A DNA stretch of 64,000 nt from an uncultured Planctomycetota bacterium (GCA_963737655.1 CAVTTN010000002.1:1440001-1504000), one strand, 5' to 3'; positions 42,083-51,481 are shown, counted from the first letter of the stretch. Program-made: numbers and translations. Notes: generated by a model from the letters alone, not told the origin.

Positions 42083-42964
42083 TCAAACCTCCTGGGCGAC
42101 TGGGGTTGAGGCGAGGTTCGCGGCGGGGACGGCCGAGGGCGAAGGGACGATCTCGTAGCGGATCGGCCGGCGCATCAGCCAGGCCACGCCGAGGAGGTCC
42201 ACCACGACCTTCAGCGAGCGATTCCAGAGGTTGTAGTGCGACTGGCCGTGGGGGCGAGGGCGATGGCTCACGGGCACCTGGATGATCTGGCACCCCTCGC
42301 GGAGCAACAACGGGCCGAAGAAGCGGTGAGACCCGAGGAACAGGGGCAGGCGGAGGGCGACGTCCCGGGGAAAGATCCGGACCGAGCAGCCGGTGTCCTT
42401 GATCGACTGGCCGAGGGCCGCGTTGCGGATGCGGTTGGCCCAGCGGCTGATGATCCGTTTGGACCAGACGTCCTCGCGCTTCACTCGCCAGCCCAGGGCG
42501 GCGTCGTGGCCGGGCAGGGCGTCCCAGAGGGCGGCGAGGTCGGCCGGATCGTTCTGGAGGTCGGCGTCGAGGACCGAGACCCAGTCCCCCCGGGCGGAGT
42601 GGAACCCGGCGGCCGTGGCGGCGGATTGCCCGACGTTGCGGGCCAGGGTGACGGGGCGGAGCTCGGGATACTCAAGCTGAAGCCCGCGAAGGACTTCGGG
42701 CGAGGAATCGGTCGAGCCGTCGTCCACGACCACGACCTCGAACCAGTCGAGTCGGCCTTTGGAATGGTCCAGGACCCTGGGTCGGAAGGCGCGGGCGATC
42801 TCGGCGAGGAGCTGGGGGAGGCTCTGGGCCTCGTTCTTGGCGGGCACGATGATCGAGAGCGACGGGCGACGGCCTCGGGAGTCGGCCGGGCCCGCGCTCA
42901 GGCGAGTGACCGAACCGAGGGTCGGCCCCCGGCGGTGGGGGGAATCGTGCCTCATGGTCGTCAT
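42083..42964 (-). CDS. Glycosyltransferase family 2 (polyprenol-phosphate sugar transferase-like)
   Basis: SIIVPAKNE, VDDGSTD, RNVGQSAA..AG, LDADLQNDP, DTGCS, HRF, V.HRPR.HG.S.Y; start uncertain. Confidence 0.92.
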   Translation of the reverse strand: MTTMRHDSPHRRGPTLGSVTRLSAGPADSRGRRPSLSIIVPAKNEAQSLPQLLAEIARAFRPRVLDHSKGRLDWFEVVVVDDGSTDSSPEVLRGLQLEYPELRPVTLARNVGQSAATAAGFHSARGDWVSVLDADLQNDPADLAALWDALPGHDAALGWRVKREDVWSKRIISRWANRIRNAALGQSIKDTGCSVRIFPRDVALRLPLFLGSHRFFGPLLLREGCQIIQVPVSHRPRPHGQSHYNLWNRSLKVVVDLLGVAWLMRRPIRYEIVPSPSAVPAANLASTPVAQEV

Positions 42965-43129
42965 CGCGGCTGGCCTCCCTGCCTCGCTCGGTCCGAGAAG
43001 GGTCATCCTGACCCTTCGCGTGGGCATTTTGCACGGGGGGCGAAACGCGCCTACCCCAGATCGAGGAGATCGGCTAGCCTGGCGGCCGAGCTTCAGGGAT
43101 GACCTCCGCCGACCAGGGACGACGCGGCC

Positions 43130-44479
43130 ATGACCACCCTCGCCGTCGAGCCGACGACCCGGCTCCTGCCCGTCCGAAGGCTGAACGCAAGCCCTTTTAG
43201 CCTCGAAATTTACGGCGACCCCGACGCGGAGACCGACGGCCTCCTGGAGAGCGTCCGGGAGCGAGGGGTGCTGGTCCCGCTGGTGGTCGTCCGCGAGGAA
43301 ACCGGCTGGGGGGTGGTCTCGGGGCATCGGCGGCTGGCCTGCGCCCGGTTTCTGGGGCTGGACCGGGTGCCTTGCGAGGTCCGGGAGATCCCGTCGGAGG
43401 AGGGCCGAAGGCGCGCGGTCCTCGATTATAACCGCCAGAGGCGCAAGACGTTCGGGCAGATGATGCGGGAAGCCTCGGCGCTGGAGGCGCTGCTCTCGGC
43501 CGAGGCCCGGAGGCGGAGCGAGGGGAACCTCGCGCAGAATGCCGAGCGTCGGGATTCCGACGGTCGGGAGGGCCGGACCGATTCGGCCGTGGCCCGGGCC
43601 ATCGGGATCGGCGGGAAGGACGTTTACCGCCAGGCCCGGGCGGTGTGGAAGGCGGCCGAGGAGGGGGACGCTCGGGCCCGGGCCGCCGTGGCGGGGATCG
43701 AGGCGGGTTCGAAGACGATCCACGCGGCCTACAAGGACTTGCGGCGACGGGATCGGTTCTCCTCCGGGTTCCGGCCCTCGCCGTATGACGTCTGGGCGTT
43801 CCGCCACGACCGGGCCTTTGGCGTGCCCCATCCCGGGTCGATCCCGCCGGCGATCGTGGCGCATGCGGTCCACTACTTCACGGCGCCGGGCGACCTGGTG
43901 GTCGATCCGATGGCCGGGGGGGGGACGGTGCTGGACGTCTGCCGGTCGATGGGTCGGCGGTGCCTGGCGTATGACATCCATCCTATCCGCGAGGAGATCG
44001 CGGAAAGAAACGTAAAGGACGGCTTTCCGCCGGACGCGAGCGGATGCCGGCTGATCTTCGTCGATCCACCCTACCACACGATGAAGGCCCGGGGGTACGG
44101 GGCGGCGGGGGTCGGCGAATCGCCCCTGGCCGACTGGATTGCGTTCTTGCAAGTCCTCGCCCGGGACGCCTTCGCCACCCTGGCCGACGGGGGCTATTTC
44201 GCCCTCCTCCTGGCGAGCCAGACCGAGAAGGACCTCCCGGCCGGCGTGGGCTACATCGACCATGCCTTCTTAGGATACCAGGCGATGGCCGCCGCCGGGT
44301 TCGTGCCCGAGAGGCGGATCAGTTGCCCGATGGATGGGCATTACCTGCCCCAGCACGTGCGGAAGGCCCGGGCCGAGGGGCGGATGCTCGGCCAGGTCCG
44401 CGACTTGTTGGTCATGAGGAAGCCCGACGGGCAGCGATCGGCCCCTTACTGGAGCGGCTCTCCGCCGGCCAGCTCGTAG
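43130..44479 (+). CDS. ParB N-terminal domain / DNA amino-methyltransferase fusion
   Basis: LLESVRERGVLVPLVV...VSGHRRLACA (ParB), central HTH-like segment, VVDPMAGGGT (motif I), LIFVDPPY (motif IV). Confidence 0.88.
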   Translation: MTTLAVEPTTRLLPVRRLNASPFSLEIYGDPDAETDGLLESVRERGVLVPLVVVREETGWGVVSGHRRLACARFLGLDRVPCEVREIPSEEGRRRAVLDYNRQRRKTFGQMMREASALEALLSAEARRRSEGNLAQNAERRDSDGREGRTDSAVARAIGIGGKDVYRQARAVWKAAEEGDARARAAVAGIEAGSKTIHAAYKDLRRRDRFSSGFRPSPYDVWAFRHDRAFGVPHPGSIPPAIVAHAVHYFTAPGDLVVDPMAGGGTVLDVCRSMGRRCLAYDIHPIREEIAERNVKDGFPPDASGCRLIFVDPPYHTMKARGYGAAGVGESPLADWIAFLQVLARDAFATLADGGYFALLLASQTEKDLPAGVGYIDHAFLGYQAMAAAGFVPERRISCPMDGHYLPQHVRKARAEGRMLGQVRDLLVMRKPDGQRSAPYWSGSPPASS

Positions 44480-45471
44480 ACTTTCGCCCGGACGAACGGG
44501 TTGGAGAGCGACGGGTTCCGCCGGACGATCGGCCCGGGCAGGGACGCAATCGCTTTCTCGATCAGGTCTTGCAGCTCGTCGCCGTCGAGGCTGGCGAGCA
44601 CCGATTCGATCGCGGCGTTCTCGGCGGCGCGGGCCGCCTCCTGGCGGATCTGCTCCCGTCGCGAGGCCACGGTCTTGAGCTTCTCCTCCAGCTCCCGGCG
44701 GCGGGATTCGAGCCGCTGGGCGACCTGGGGGAGCAGGTCGTAACCGTCCTCGATCCCCGCGCGGATGTAGCCGGGACCGTTCTGAAGTTTGCCCTGGCTC
44801 TGGAGATAGAGCGCGTTCAGGAGGACTTTGGCCACGGCCTCCGGGTCTTTCTGGGCCGCGAGCTTCTCGGCGAGGCGTTTGGGAAGGCCCTGGTCGGTCA
44901 GCAATTCCTGGAGGTCCACCGCCACCAGCAACCGGCCATCGGCCGAGAGGCGGAAGGGCGTCCCGGGGATGCCGACGCTGGGTGCGTCTTCTCTCGTTCC
45001 TGGATCTCGTTTGGGCCTATCGGCGGGGCCTGGCGGGCCGAAGAACTGGGCCAACGCCTCGAAGCTTTCTGGGACACCCGAGGGGGTGACCTCGAAAGAT
45101 TCTGGGCCCGTCCCGGGGTCGTCCTCTAAAGAATCCAGGACAGTTCGTCCCGGTTTCTGGGACGGCTTCGCCCCCTTGCCCGGGGGGCGGGGCGGGGCCT
45201 GGCGGATGATCTTGTAGGCCGTCGACTTCCCCTTGGTCTTGCTGCTGGCGAGGAAGCCGGATTTGCTTAATTCGGCGATGGCGTCGAGGACGGTTTGTCG
45301 GCTTAATCCGGCCTGTTTGGCGAGGGTGCGGATGCTGGGATAGGCCCAGCCGGAGGTGAAGTCGGCGTAGAGGCCGATCACGAGGTAGACCTTGATGGCG
45401 GACCCGCCGAGGGCCTTGAACGCCTCCGAGCGGAGCAAGTCGTGCTCGACGCGGAAGAAGAAGTGATCCAT
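44446..45471 (-). CDS. Winged-helix protein resembling phage/plasmid replication initiator
   Basis: AIKVYLVI...GWAYPSIRTLAKQAGLSRQTV..AI.EL...G, Pro/Gly linker with 11-aa repeats, NGPGYIRAGIEDGY, coiled coil. Confidence 0.75.
   Translation of the reverse strand: MDHFFFRVEHDLLRSEAFKALGGSAIKVYLVIGLYADFTSGWAYPSIRTLAKQAGLSRQTVLDAIAELSKSGFLASSKTKGKSTAYKIIRQAPPRPPGKGAKPSQKPGRTVLDSLEDDPGTGPESFEVTPSGVPESFEALAQFFGPPGPADRPKRDPGTREDAPSVGIPGTPFRLSADGRLLVAVDLQELLTDQGLPKRLAEKLAAQKDPEAVAKVLLNALYLQSQGKLQNGPGYIRAGIEDGYDLLPQVAQRLESRRRELEEKLKTVASRREQIRQEAARAAENAAIESVLASLDGDELQDLIEKAIASLPGPIVRRNPSLSNPFVRAKVYELAGGEPLQ
45057..45163. repeat. Degenerate direct repeats with 33-bp period inside the initiator-like gene
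   Basis: cctcgaagctttctgggac (45057), cctcgaaagattctgggcc (45090), cctctaaagaatccaggac (45123); tttctgggac again at 45154. Confidence 0.6.
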
Positions 45472-45559
45472 GAGCGGCGGGGGCCTTCCTCGGGGCGCCT
45501 CGGCCCGGCTCCATCCGGTCCCGATTCGATCGATTTTCGGTCGATCCGACCCGGAATGT

Positions 45560-45874
45560 TCAGTTGGCTTCGGGGGACGGGGGGTCGGAGACGTAGTACG
45601 TCTTGACCTTGCCGCGTTCCCGGGTGGTGGAGACGACCAGGCCGAGGGTTTCGAGCCGGGCGAGGCTGTCCAGGACGGTGGGGCAGGAGAGGCTCGTGCG
45701 ATCCTGGAGCTGGCGGAGGCTGAGGGTCACGCTGGAGTCGGGCCGGCCTCCGCAGGCCTGGAGGATCACGAGGTAGACCTTGATGGCCTCCCCCTTGATC
45801 CGGGCGAGGTAGCCGCGGTCCAGGAGGACGCTTCGGAGCCATTCGGTCTGGATCGGCGGCATCGTGGCGGGCAC
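45560..45874 (-). CDS. Small winged-helix protein paralogous to the N-terminus of 44446-45471
   Basis: AIKVYLVI...LSLRQLQDRTSLSCPTVLDSLARLETLGLV; 24 nt identical between 45376-45399 and 45764-45787. Confidence 0.8.
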   Translation of the reverse strand: MPATMPPIQTEWLRSVLLDRGYLARIKGEAIKVYLVILQACGGRPDSSVTLSLRQLQDRTSLSCPTVLDSLARLETLGLVVSTTRERGKVKTYYVSDPPSPEAN

Positions 45875-46268
45875 GGCGGACCCCCTCCCTGGCTCCTCTC
45901 TCCGCGTCGTCGCGGGCCCTGGCGTCCGGGCCGGGGCGTCTCCTGGGTCAGTATCGACCCGGCGCCGGTCGGCCCCCCAGCAATTCGGGGAGGACGGTCC
46001 GTGAGCCTTCTCACCCCGGTCGCCAGGAGTCCGTTGGGACGCCGGATTCCTGGTCTGGCCGGGAGGGAAGGGGCGTTCGGTGGCGTGGGGGTCGAAGAAG
46101 CCGAACCCAGGATTCCGGAAGGGTTAAGGGAGATTCGGAGAGCCGCCGATCGGTCGCGGCACGAGGGCTGAATAGGGGGATTCCGGGTCGCGATCCGGGA
46201 GGGCCGCCGACGCGACGGATCGAACCGGACCGGGCCCGGCGGACGGATCATCACGAGGGACGACGGAC

Positions 46269-46862
46269 ATGCGGCCGACCATCACGACGACGACCTGGGC
46301 GGGGATTCTGGCGGTCGGGGGCCTGCTGGGCGTGGGGCAGACGGCCCGGGCCCAGGGGGGATATTACGGCGGGGGCGGTTACGTGGGCGGAGGTTACGGT
46401 GGCGGGGGTTACGGTGGCGGAGGGGTGGCGGTGCCGGTCTCGCCGGGCTACGGCTACGGCTACGGCTACGGCTCGGGCTATGGCTCGATCGGCTCTCCGG
46501 GCATCGGTTACGGCTCCGGGGGTTATGGGGCCGGCTGCGCGACCCCGGGCGGCTATGCGCCGGGCTACGGTTCCGGAGGGATTGGCTACGGGGGGGCGGG
46601 CTCCGTGGGAGGGGGCGTCGCGGGGTACAATCCGGCCCTGCCGTTCTCTCCGGCCCAGCAGCAGGGCTGGCGCGAGGGGCGTCTGTATTACGAGACGGGC
46701 CTGGCGCCCAATCATCGGCTGTCGCCGGCCGAGGCGCGAGGGTTCGTCGCCGGGGAGACGAGGCAGGCCCAGACCCCCTGGCAGCTCGACCCGGCCCGCC
46801 AGCAGGGCTGGCGAGAGGGCCAGGTCTTCTGGGAGACCGGGCCCTCCCGAACCGCCCGCTGA
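46269..46862 (+). CDS. Secreted Gly/Tyr-rich low-complexity protein
   Basis: Signal peptide ending TARA; GGY/GYG repeats; duplicated PA.QQGWREG....ETG motif. Confidence 0.8.
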   Translation: MRPTITTTTWAGILAVGGLLGVGQTARAQGGYYGGGGYVGGGYGGGGYGGGGVAVPVSPGYGYGYGYGSGYGSIGSPGIGYGSGGYGAGCATPGGYAPGYGSGGIGYGGAGSVGGGVAGYNPALPFSPAQQQGWREGRLYYETGLAPNHRLSPAEARGFVAGETRQAQTPWQLDPARQQGWREGQVFWETGPSRTAR

Positions 46863-47240
46863 CCCCGGCCGAGCGCCAGGGGTTCGTCGCGGGCGAGCGT
46901 CAGGCGGCGAGCGGGTTCGCGCCGTATCCGCCCAGGTGGTGAGGTGAGGTGAGCGGGGGCAGGGGCGGGTGGCGCCCTCCGACGTCGCGATCGTCCCTCC
47001 GCCGAGGTCCCGGCCGCCCGCCCTCGGAAAACGCCGACGGCCGATCCCAGGAGATCGGCCGTCGACGCCGGAACAGTCGCCGCGAGAGGCGTCGCGGCGG
47101 CGGGACCTAGCAAATCCCGGACCCGGACCAATCCGGGCGATCGGTGGGCGGCGTAGGGTGAGTCGGGTTCCGAAGACGAAGCCCGTCCCGCCCGGGATGC
47201 TTCCGAAGCATCGTCCTTCGGCACAAAACGGCCCTGGGGG

Positions 47241-48293
47241 TCAGCCGGAGTGCTTGGCCTTGGCCTTCGCCTTGGCGGCGGCCCGGGCCTCGGCCCTCGC
47301 TTCGGCCTTCGCTTTGGCCTTGGCCCTGGCGGCGGCCCGAGCGGCCTCGGCCTTGGCCCTGGCGGCGGCCCTCTTCTGCGCCGGGGTCAGGGTGGTCGTG
47401 GTCCCGGTGCTGCCGGTGGTCCCGGTGCTGCCGGAGCCCGAGGGCGGGGTTCCGCCTCCCCCGGCGGGCGGGGCTCCGCCTCCTCCGCCCTCGGAGCCTC
47501 CGGTGGGGTCCTCGTTGGCGGTGTCCGAGGGGTCGATCACGACGTGGAACGTGGCCTGGGCCTCGGTGCCGTCGTCGGTCAGGGCCAGGATCATGTAATC
47601 GCCGGCCTCCTGCTCGGGGCTGCCGTTGGCCGAGGCGCCGGTGAAGACGTTGTCGGTGGCGTTGGTCGTGTCGCGGGCCCCGGAGCGGGCATAGGCCGCG
47701 TTCTGGGCGAAGACGGTGTTGGTCACGGCGTCGTCGAAGAAGAACTGCGAGGTCCAGTCGTAGGCGACGTTCCCCGAGGCGTCCAGGGTGCGGACGCGGA
47801 CGTGGATGTGGGGGGTCCGGCCGCTGTACCAGCCCGGGTAGATCGTCAGGAACTGGACGTTGCCGGAGGCGTCGGAGACCTGATAGCCGCGGAGGTGGTC
47901 CAGCCCGGTCGTCCCCTCCTGGGCGATGTCCGAATACACGCCCTGGGCGTTGGCCGACCAGAGATCGACCTTGGCGCCGGCCAGGGGGGTCAGCGAATAG
48001 GGGGCCGAGTCCGAGAGGGCCGACAGGGTGATCCCCAGGGACAGGGGCAATCCGGCCTGGACGGCCCCGGTGGAGGTGTCCGAGCGGACGTCGGACCGCT
48101 CGGCCTGGCCATCGACCCAGTACGGCCCCTCGGTCAGGCCCGGGGACTCCCCGTGATCGACGCCGGGCGTCCCGGCGAAGACGGTCCCCGTCCTCGACCA
48201 GAACCCCGCCACGGCCAGGGCCCCGGCGAACCCCCGGATCAGCACCTCCCGGCGATTGAGCGAATAGACGACGCGATCGCGATCCTTGGACAT
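47241..48293 (-). CDS. Exported intradiol ring-cleavage dioxygenase-like protein with Ala/Lys-rich tail
   Basis: Tat-like NRREVL; TEGPYW, GVYS, LRGYQ, TIYPGWYSGRTPHIH, TSQFFF; Gly/Pro/Thr linker then AKAKAKA tail. Confidence 0.88.
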   Translation of the reverse strand: MSKDRDRVVYSLNRREVLIRGFAGALAVAGFWSRTGTVFAGTPGVDHGESPGLTEGPYWVDGQAERSDVRSDTSTGAVQAGLPLSLGITLSALSDSAPYSLTPLAGAKVDLWSANAQGVYSDIAQEGTTGLDHLRGYQVSDASGNVQFLTIYPGWYSGRTPHIHVRVRTLDASGNVAYDWTSQFFFDDAVTNTVFAQNAAYARSGARDTTNATDNVFTGASANGSPEQEAGDYMILALTDDGTEAQATFHVVIDPSDTANEDPTGGSEGGGGGAPPAGGGGTPPSGSGSTGTTGSTGTTTTLTPAQKRAAARAKAEAARAAARAKAKAKAEARAEARAAAKAKAKAKHSG

Positions 48294-48468
48294 GATCAGA
48301 TCCTGAAATGGGGGGAGAAGCTCCGGGGCCCGATCCGATCGAACGTCCGTCGCGGCGTCCGGCGAGAGAAAGAGCGGAGGAGGGCCGCGCGATCGCGCGC
48401 GGCGTCTCAACCTCGGCGGCCCAGGGATGGGGCACTGGATTCCGGAGATCGACTCGTCGGGCGTCCCA

Positions 48469-48587
48469 TCGATTCGGGTGCCCCCGGTTCTCGAACCGGG
48501 GCGATGGAGCCGCAAGAGGCCATCCTCGCCGAGCGGCCTCTTGTCGCTGCGCGACCCCGGTTCGAGAACCGGGGGCACCCGAATCGA
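48469..48587. repeat. 33-bp perfect inverted repeat with inner stem (REP/MITE-like, family C)
   Basis: tcgattcgggtgcccccggttctcgaaccgggg ... ccccggttcgagaaccgggggcacccgaatcga; inner caagaggcc/ggcctcttg. Confidence 0.88.
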
Positions 48588-48726
48588 GGTGACCCGGAAA
48601 CCTCATCTCCCGAATCCAGAGCCCAACCCAGCGAAACCCGCGCCCGACCAGCCCGTTGCATCGCGGGAGGCCGGCGGGTAGCCTCGGGCCTCTGCCATGG
48701 TCCCTGTCCCGGAGGGTCGCTTCATC

Positions 48727-49188
48727 ATGGGTGCTGACGCCCGCTTGGCCGAGCTGAACTTGACCCTCCCGCCGACCCCGAAGCCGGTGGCGACGTACTT
48801 GACGGCCGTCCGCCACGGCGACCTCCTGTTCGTCTCGGGCCACGGGCCCCTGAAGGCCGATGGGTCGCTCCACCTCGGCCGGCTCGGGGCCGACCTGGAC
48901 CTCGACGCCGGCTATCGCGCGGCCCGCGATACCGGGCTGGCGATCCTCGCCACGCTCAGGAGCCATCTCGGGTCGCTCGACGAGGTGGTCAGGCTCGTCA
49001 AGGTGCTCGGCCTGGTCAATTGCACGCCGGAGTTCGTCGATCAACCCAAGGTGATCAATGGATTTTCGGATTTGATGGTCGAGGTCTTCGGCGAGAGCGG
49101 CAAGGCGGCGAGGAGCGCCGTGGGGGCGCCGTCGCTGCCGGGGGGGATCGCGGTGGAGGTCGAGGCGATCTTCCAGGTGAAGGGCTGA
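48727..49188 (+). CDS. RidA (YjgF/YER057c) family protein
   Basis: LPPTPKPVATY, VSGHGP, VKVLGLVN, QPKVINGFSDL..EVFG..GK.ARSAVG..SLP...AVEVE. Confidence 0.93.
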   Translation: MGADARLAELNLTLPPTPKPVATYLTAVRHGDLLFVSGHGPLKADGSLHLGRLGADLDLDAGYRAARDTGLAILATLRSHLGSLDEVVRLVKVLGLVNCTPEFVDQPKVINGFSDLMVEVFGESGKAARSAVGAPSLPGGIAVEVEAIFQVKG

Positions 49189-49197
49189 TCGTCACCC

Positions 49198-49788
49198 ATG
49201 CTCGCCCTCCGTCGGCCTTCGGAAGCCGCCGTCCGGTCCCTCCTCGATCGCCAGGAGGGCCTGCCGTTCTCGTATCCCGACGTCGGCGCGATCGCCCGGG
49301 GGGCGGTCCCTTCGGGATATGTTCAGGACCATCACTGCGTGGAGCTCGGCCGGGGTCCGGAGGCGTTTTCGGCCGCGCAGGAGGCGATCGGCCGATGGGC
49401 CATGTTCCGCACCGGCTGGACCGAGGTCGTCCCCGCCTCGTCGCCCATCGAGCCCGGCCGGGTCGTGGCGATCGTCGCGAGGAGCTTCGGCGCGTGGACG
49501 GTGAACCCGGCGAGGATCGTCGAATCGATCGACGAATCCGGCCCCGTCGATCGGTTCGGATTCGTCTACGGGGCCTTGCCCGACCATGCCGAGAGCGGCG
49601 AGGAGCGGTTCTCGGTCGAATGGCGGCATGGCGACGATTCGGTCTGGTACGACCTCCTCGGGATCTCCCGGCCGGGCCGGTGGTATTCGAAGATGGCCGG
49701 GCCTCTCACGCGATCGGTGCAGAAGAAGTTCGCCCGGGACTCGAAGGCGGCGATGGTCCGGTTCGTCCTGGAGAGGCTGGGATCATGA
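49198..49788 (+). CDS. DUF1990 family protein
   Basis: FSYPDVGA, LGRG..AF..A, FGFVYGALPDHAESGEERF.VE. Confidence 0.9.
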   Translation: MLALRRPSEAAVRSLLDRQEGLPFSYPDVGAIARGAVPSGYVQDHHCVELGRGPEAFSAAQEAIGRWAMFRTGWTEVVPASSPIEPGRVVAIVARSFGAWTVNPARIVESIDESGPVDRFGFVYGALPDHAESGEERFSVEWRHGDDSVWYDLLGISRPGRWYSKMAGPLTRSVQKKFARDSKAAMVRFVLERLGS

Positions 49789-50617
49789 GCGGCCGCCCGC
49801 GTCGCCTGGAAGGCCGGAATGCCCTGATCGTCGGCGGGACGGGCGGGATCGGCCTGGCCTCGGCCCGGAGGTTCCTCGAAGAAGGGGCCGAGGTGGTGGT
49901 CTCGGGCGTCGAGGAGGGCGCGAAGGAAGCCGCGAGGGAGGCGCTCTCGCCGATGGGAACGGTTCATGCGATCGGCTCGGACGTCCGCCTCGAATCGGAC
50001 GTGATCGCCCTGTTCGCACGGGCACGGGAGCTCCTCGGCGGGCGGATCGACATCCTGTTTCATGTGGCCGGGATCAGCGGGCGGAGGTTCGGCGACGGCC
50101 CCTTGCCCGACGCCTCGGCCGACGGCTGGGACCGCGTGATGGAGGCCAACGCCCGGGGGGTGTTCCTCACCAACCGCGAGGCGGTGCGGATCATGAGGGG
50201 GCAGCCCCTGGATTCGTGGGGGATTCGCGGGACGGTCCTGAACCTGGGGTCGGTGCTCTCCGGGTCGCCGTCTCCTCGTTTCTTCGGGACGATCGCCTAC
50301 GCGGCGAGCAAGGGGGCGGTCCGGGCCCTGACGATCGCGGCGGCCTCCGCCCACGCGGCCGACTGCATCCGGTTCAATCTGATTGAGCCGGGCCTGATCG
50401 ACACGCCGATGGCCGCCCGGGCGGCCCAGGACGCCACGATCCGCCGGTTCCTGGCCTCGAAACAGCCGATCGCCGGGGGCCCGGCTCGGCCGAGGACGTC
50501 GCCGAGGCCGCCTTGTACTTGTGTGAGCCCGCGAGTCGGTTCATCACGGGAACCATCCTGAATGTGGACGGAGGTTGGTCCGTGAGCGAGGGGCAAATCC
50601 CCGGGGATATTTCGTGA
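49785..50617 (+). CDS. SDR family oxidoreductase, frameshifted near 50480
   Basis: GGTGGIG, YAASKG, PGLIDTPM; C-terminus EDVAEAALYL...FITGTILNVDGGW in shifted frame, ending TGATG with the next gene. Confidence 0.88.
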
Positions 50618-51390
50618 TGGCCGACGTGTTCACGCAATACTTCGACGCGATCCGCTCGGCGATCGACGCGATCGAACGGACGGAGCGGGACGCCATCCGC
50701 GCCGCCTCAAGCCGGTTCGCGGCGAGCATTCTCCAGGGAAGGCTCGTCCACGTGTTCGGCACGGGGCATTCGCGGATGGCCGTGGAGGAGATGTTCCCGC
50801 GCTATGGGTCGTTCCCCGGGTTCCACCCGATCGTGGAGCTGTCGATGACGTTCCACAACCCGGTGGTGGGCGCCAACGGCCAGCGCCAGGCGATGTTCCT
50901 GGAGAACGTCCAGGGATTCGGGCCGGTCCTCTGGAGGAATTTCGCGACGAGCCCCGACGATTGCCTGCTGGCCATCTCCACCAGCGGCTGCAACGCGGCG
51001 ACGGTGGACGTGGCGATCGAGGCGAAGGGGCTGGGGATGTTCGTCGTGGCGATGTCGTCCAGGGAGCATGCGAACGCTTCGACATCGAAACACGAATCGG
51101 GGAGGAAACTCCTGGACGTGGCCGACCTGACGATCGATCAGCACGCGCCGAAAGGGGATTCGGCGGTGTGGATCGACGGCCTCGAAACGCCGGTCTCGCC
51201 GGTGTCGAGCGTCTCGGGCTGCGCGGTCATCAACCTGATCAAGGCGGAGGTGGCCCGGCTGTTGACCGAGGCCGGCCAGCCGCCGAAGGTCCTCACGGCG
51301 GCCTGCCACCTCGGCGCCGAACGGGCCTCGGCGCTGTTCGAGGAGACGTACGACGACTACCGGAGGCGGGTGGGCGTGCTCTATCGGTGA
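50617..51390 (+). CDS. SIS domain (sugar isomerase) protein
   Basis: HVFGTGHSR..VEEMFPRYGS, ISTSG.N, GRKLLDVAD..ID...PKGD. Confidence 0.9.
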   Translation: MADVFTQYFDAIRSAIDAIERTERDAIRAASSRFAASILQGRLVHVFGTGHSRMAVEEMFPRYGSFPGFHPIVELSMTFHNPVVGANGQRQAMFLENVQGFGPVLWRNFATSPDDCLLAISTSGCNAATVDVAIEAKGLGMFVVAMSSREHANASTSKHESGRKLLDVADLTIDQHAPKGDSAVWIDGLETPVSPVSSVSGCAVINLIKAEVARLLTEAGQPPKVLTAACHLGAERASALFEETYDDYRRRVGVLYR

Positions 51391-51403
51391 GGGATCCCAT
51401 CGT

Positions 51404-51465
51404 GTAGGGTCCGCCATTGCGGACCATTCCCGCGAGCCCGGATGGTCCGCAATGGCGGACCCGAC
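51404..51465. repeat. GTAG-type REP-like inverted pair (family A)
   Basis: gtagggtccgccattgcggaccat...atggtccgcaatggcggaccc; between convergent genes. Confidence 0.85.
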
Positions 51466-51481
51466 GACCGGAAGCCCGGCC

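Noticed and set aside
43130..45874. Intact prophage or integrative element
   Set aside because: No integrase, att-like repeats, structural or conjugation genes visible.
46044..46184. GGATTCC three times at ~67-bp spacing upstream of the wHTH genes
   Set aside because: Too short and irregular to distinguish from chance.
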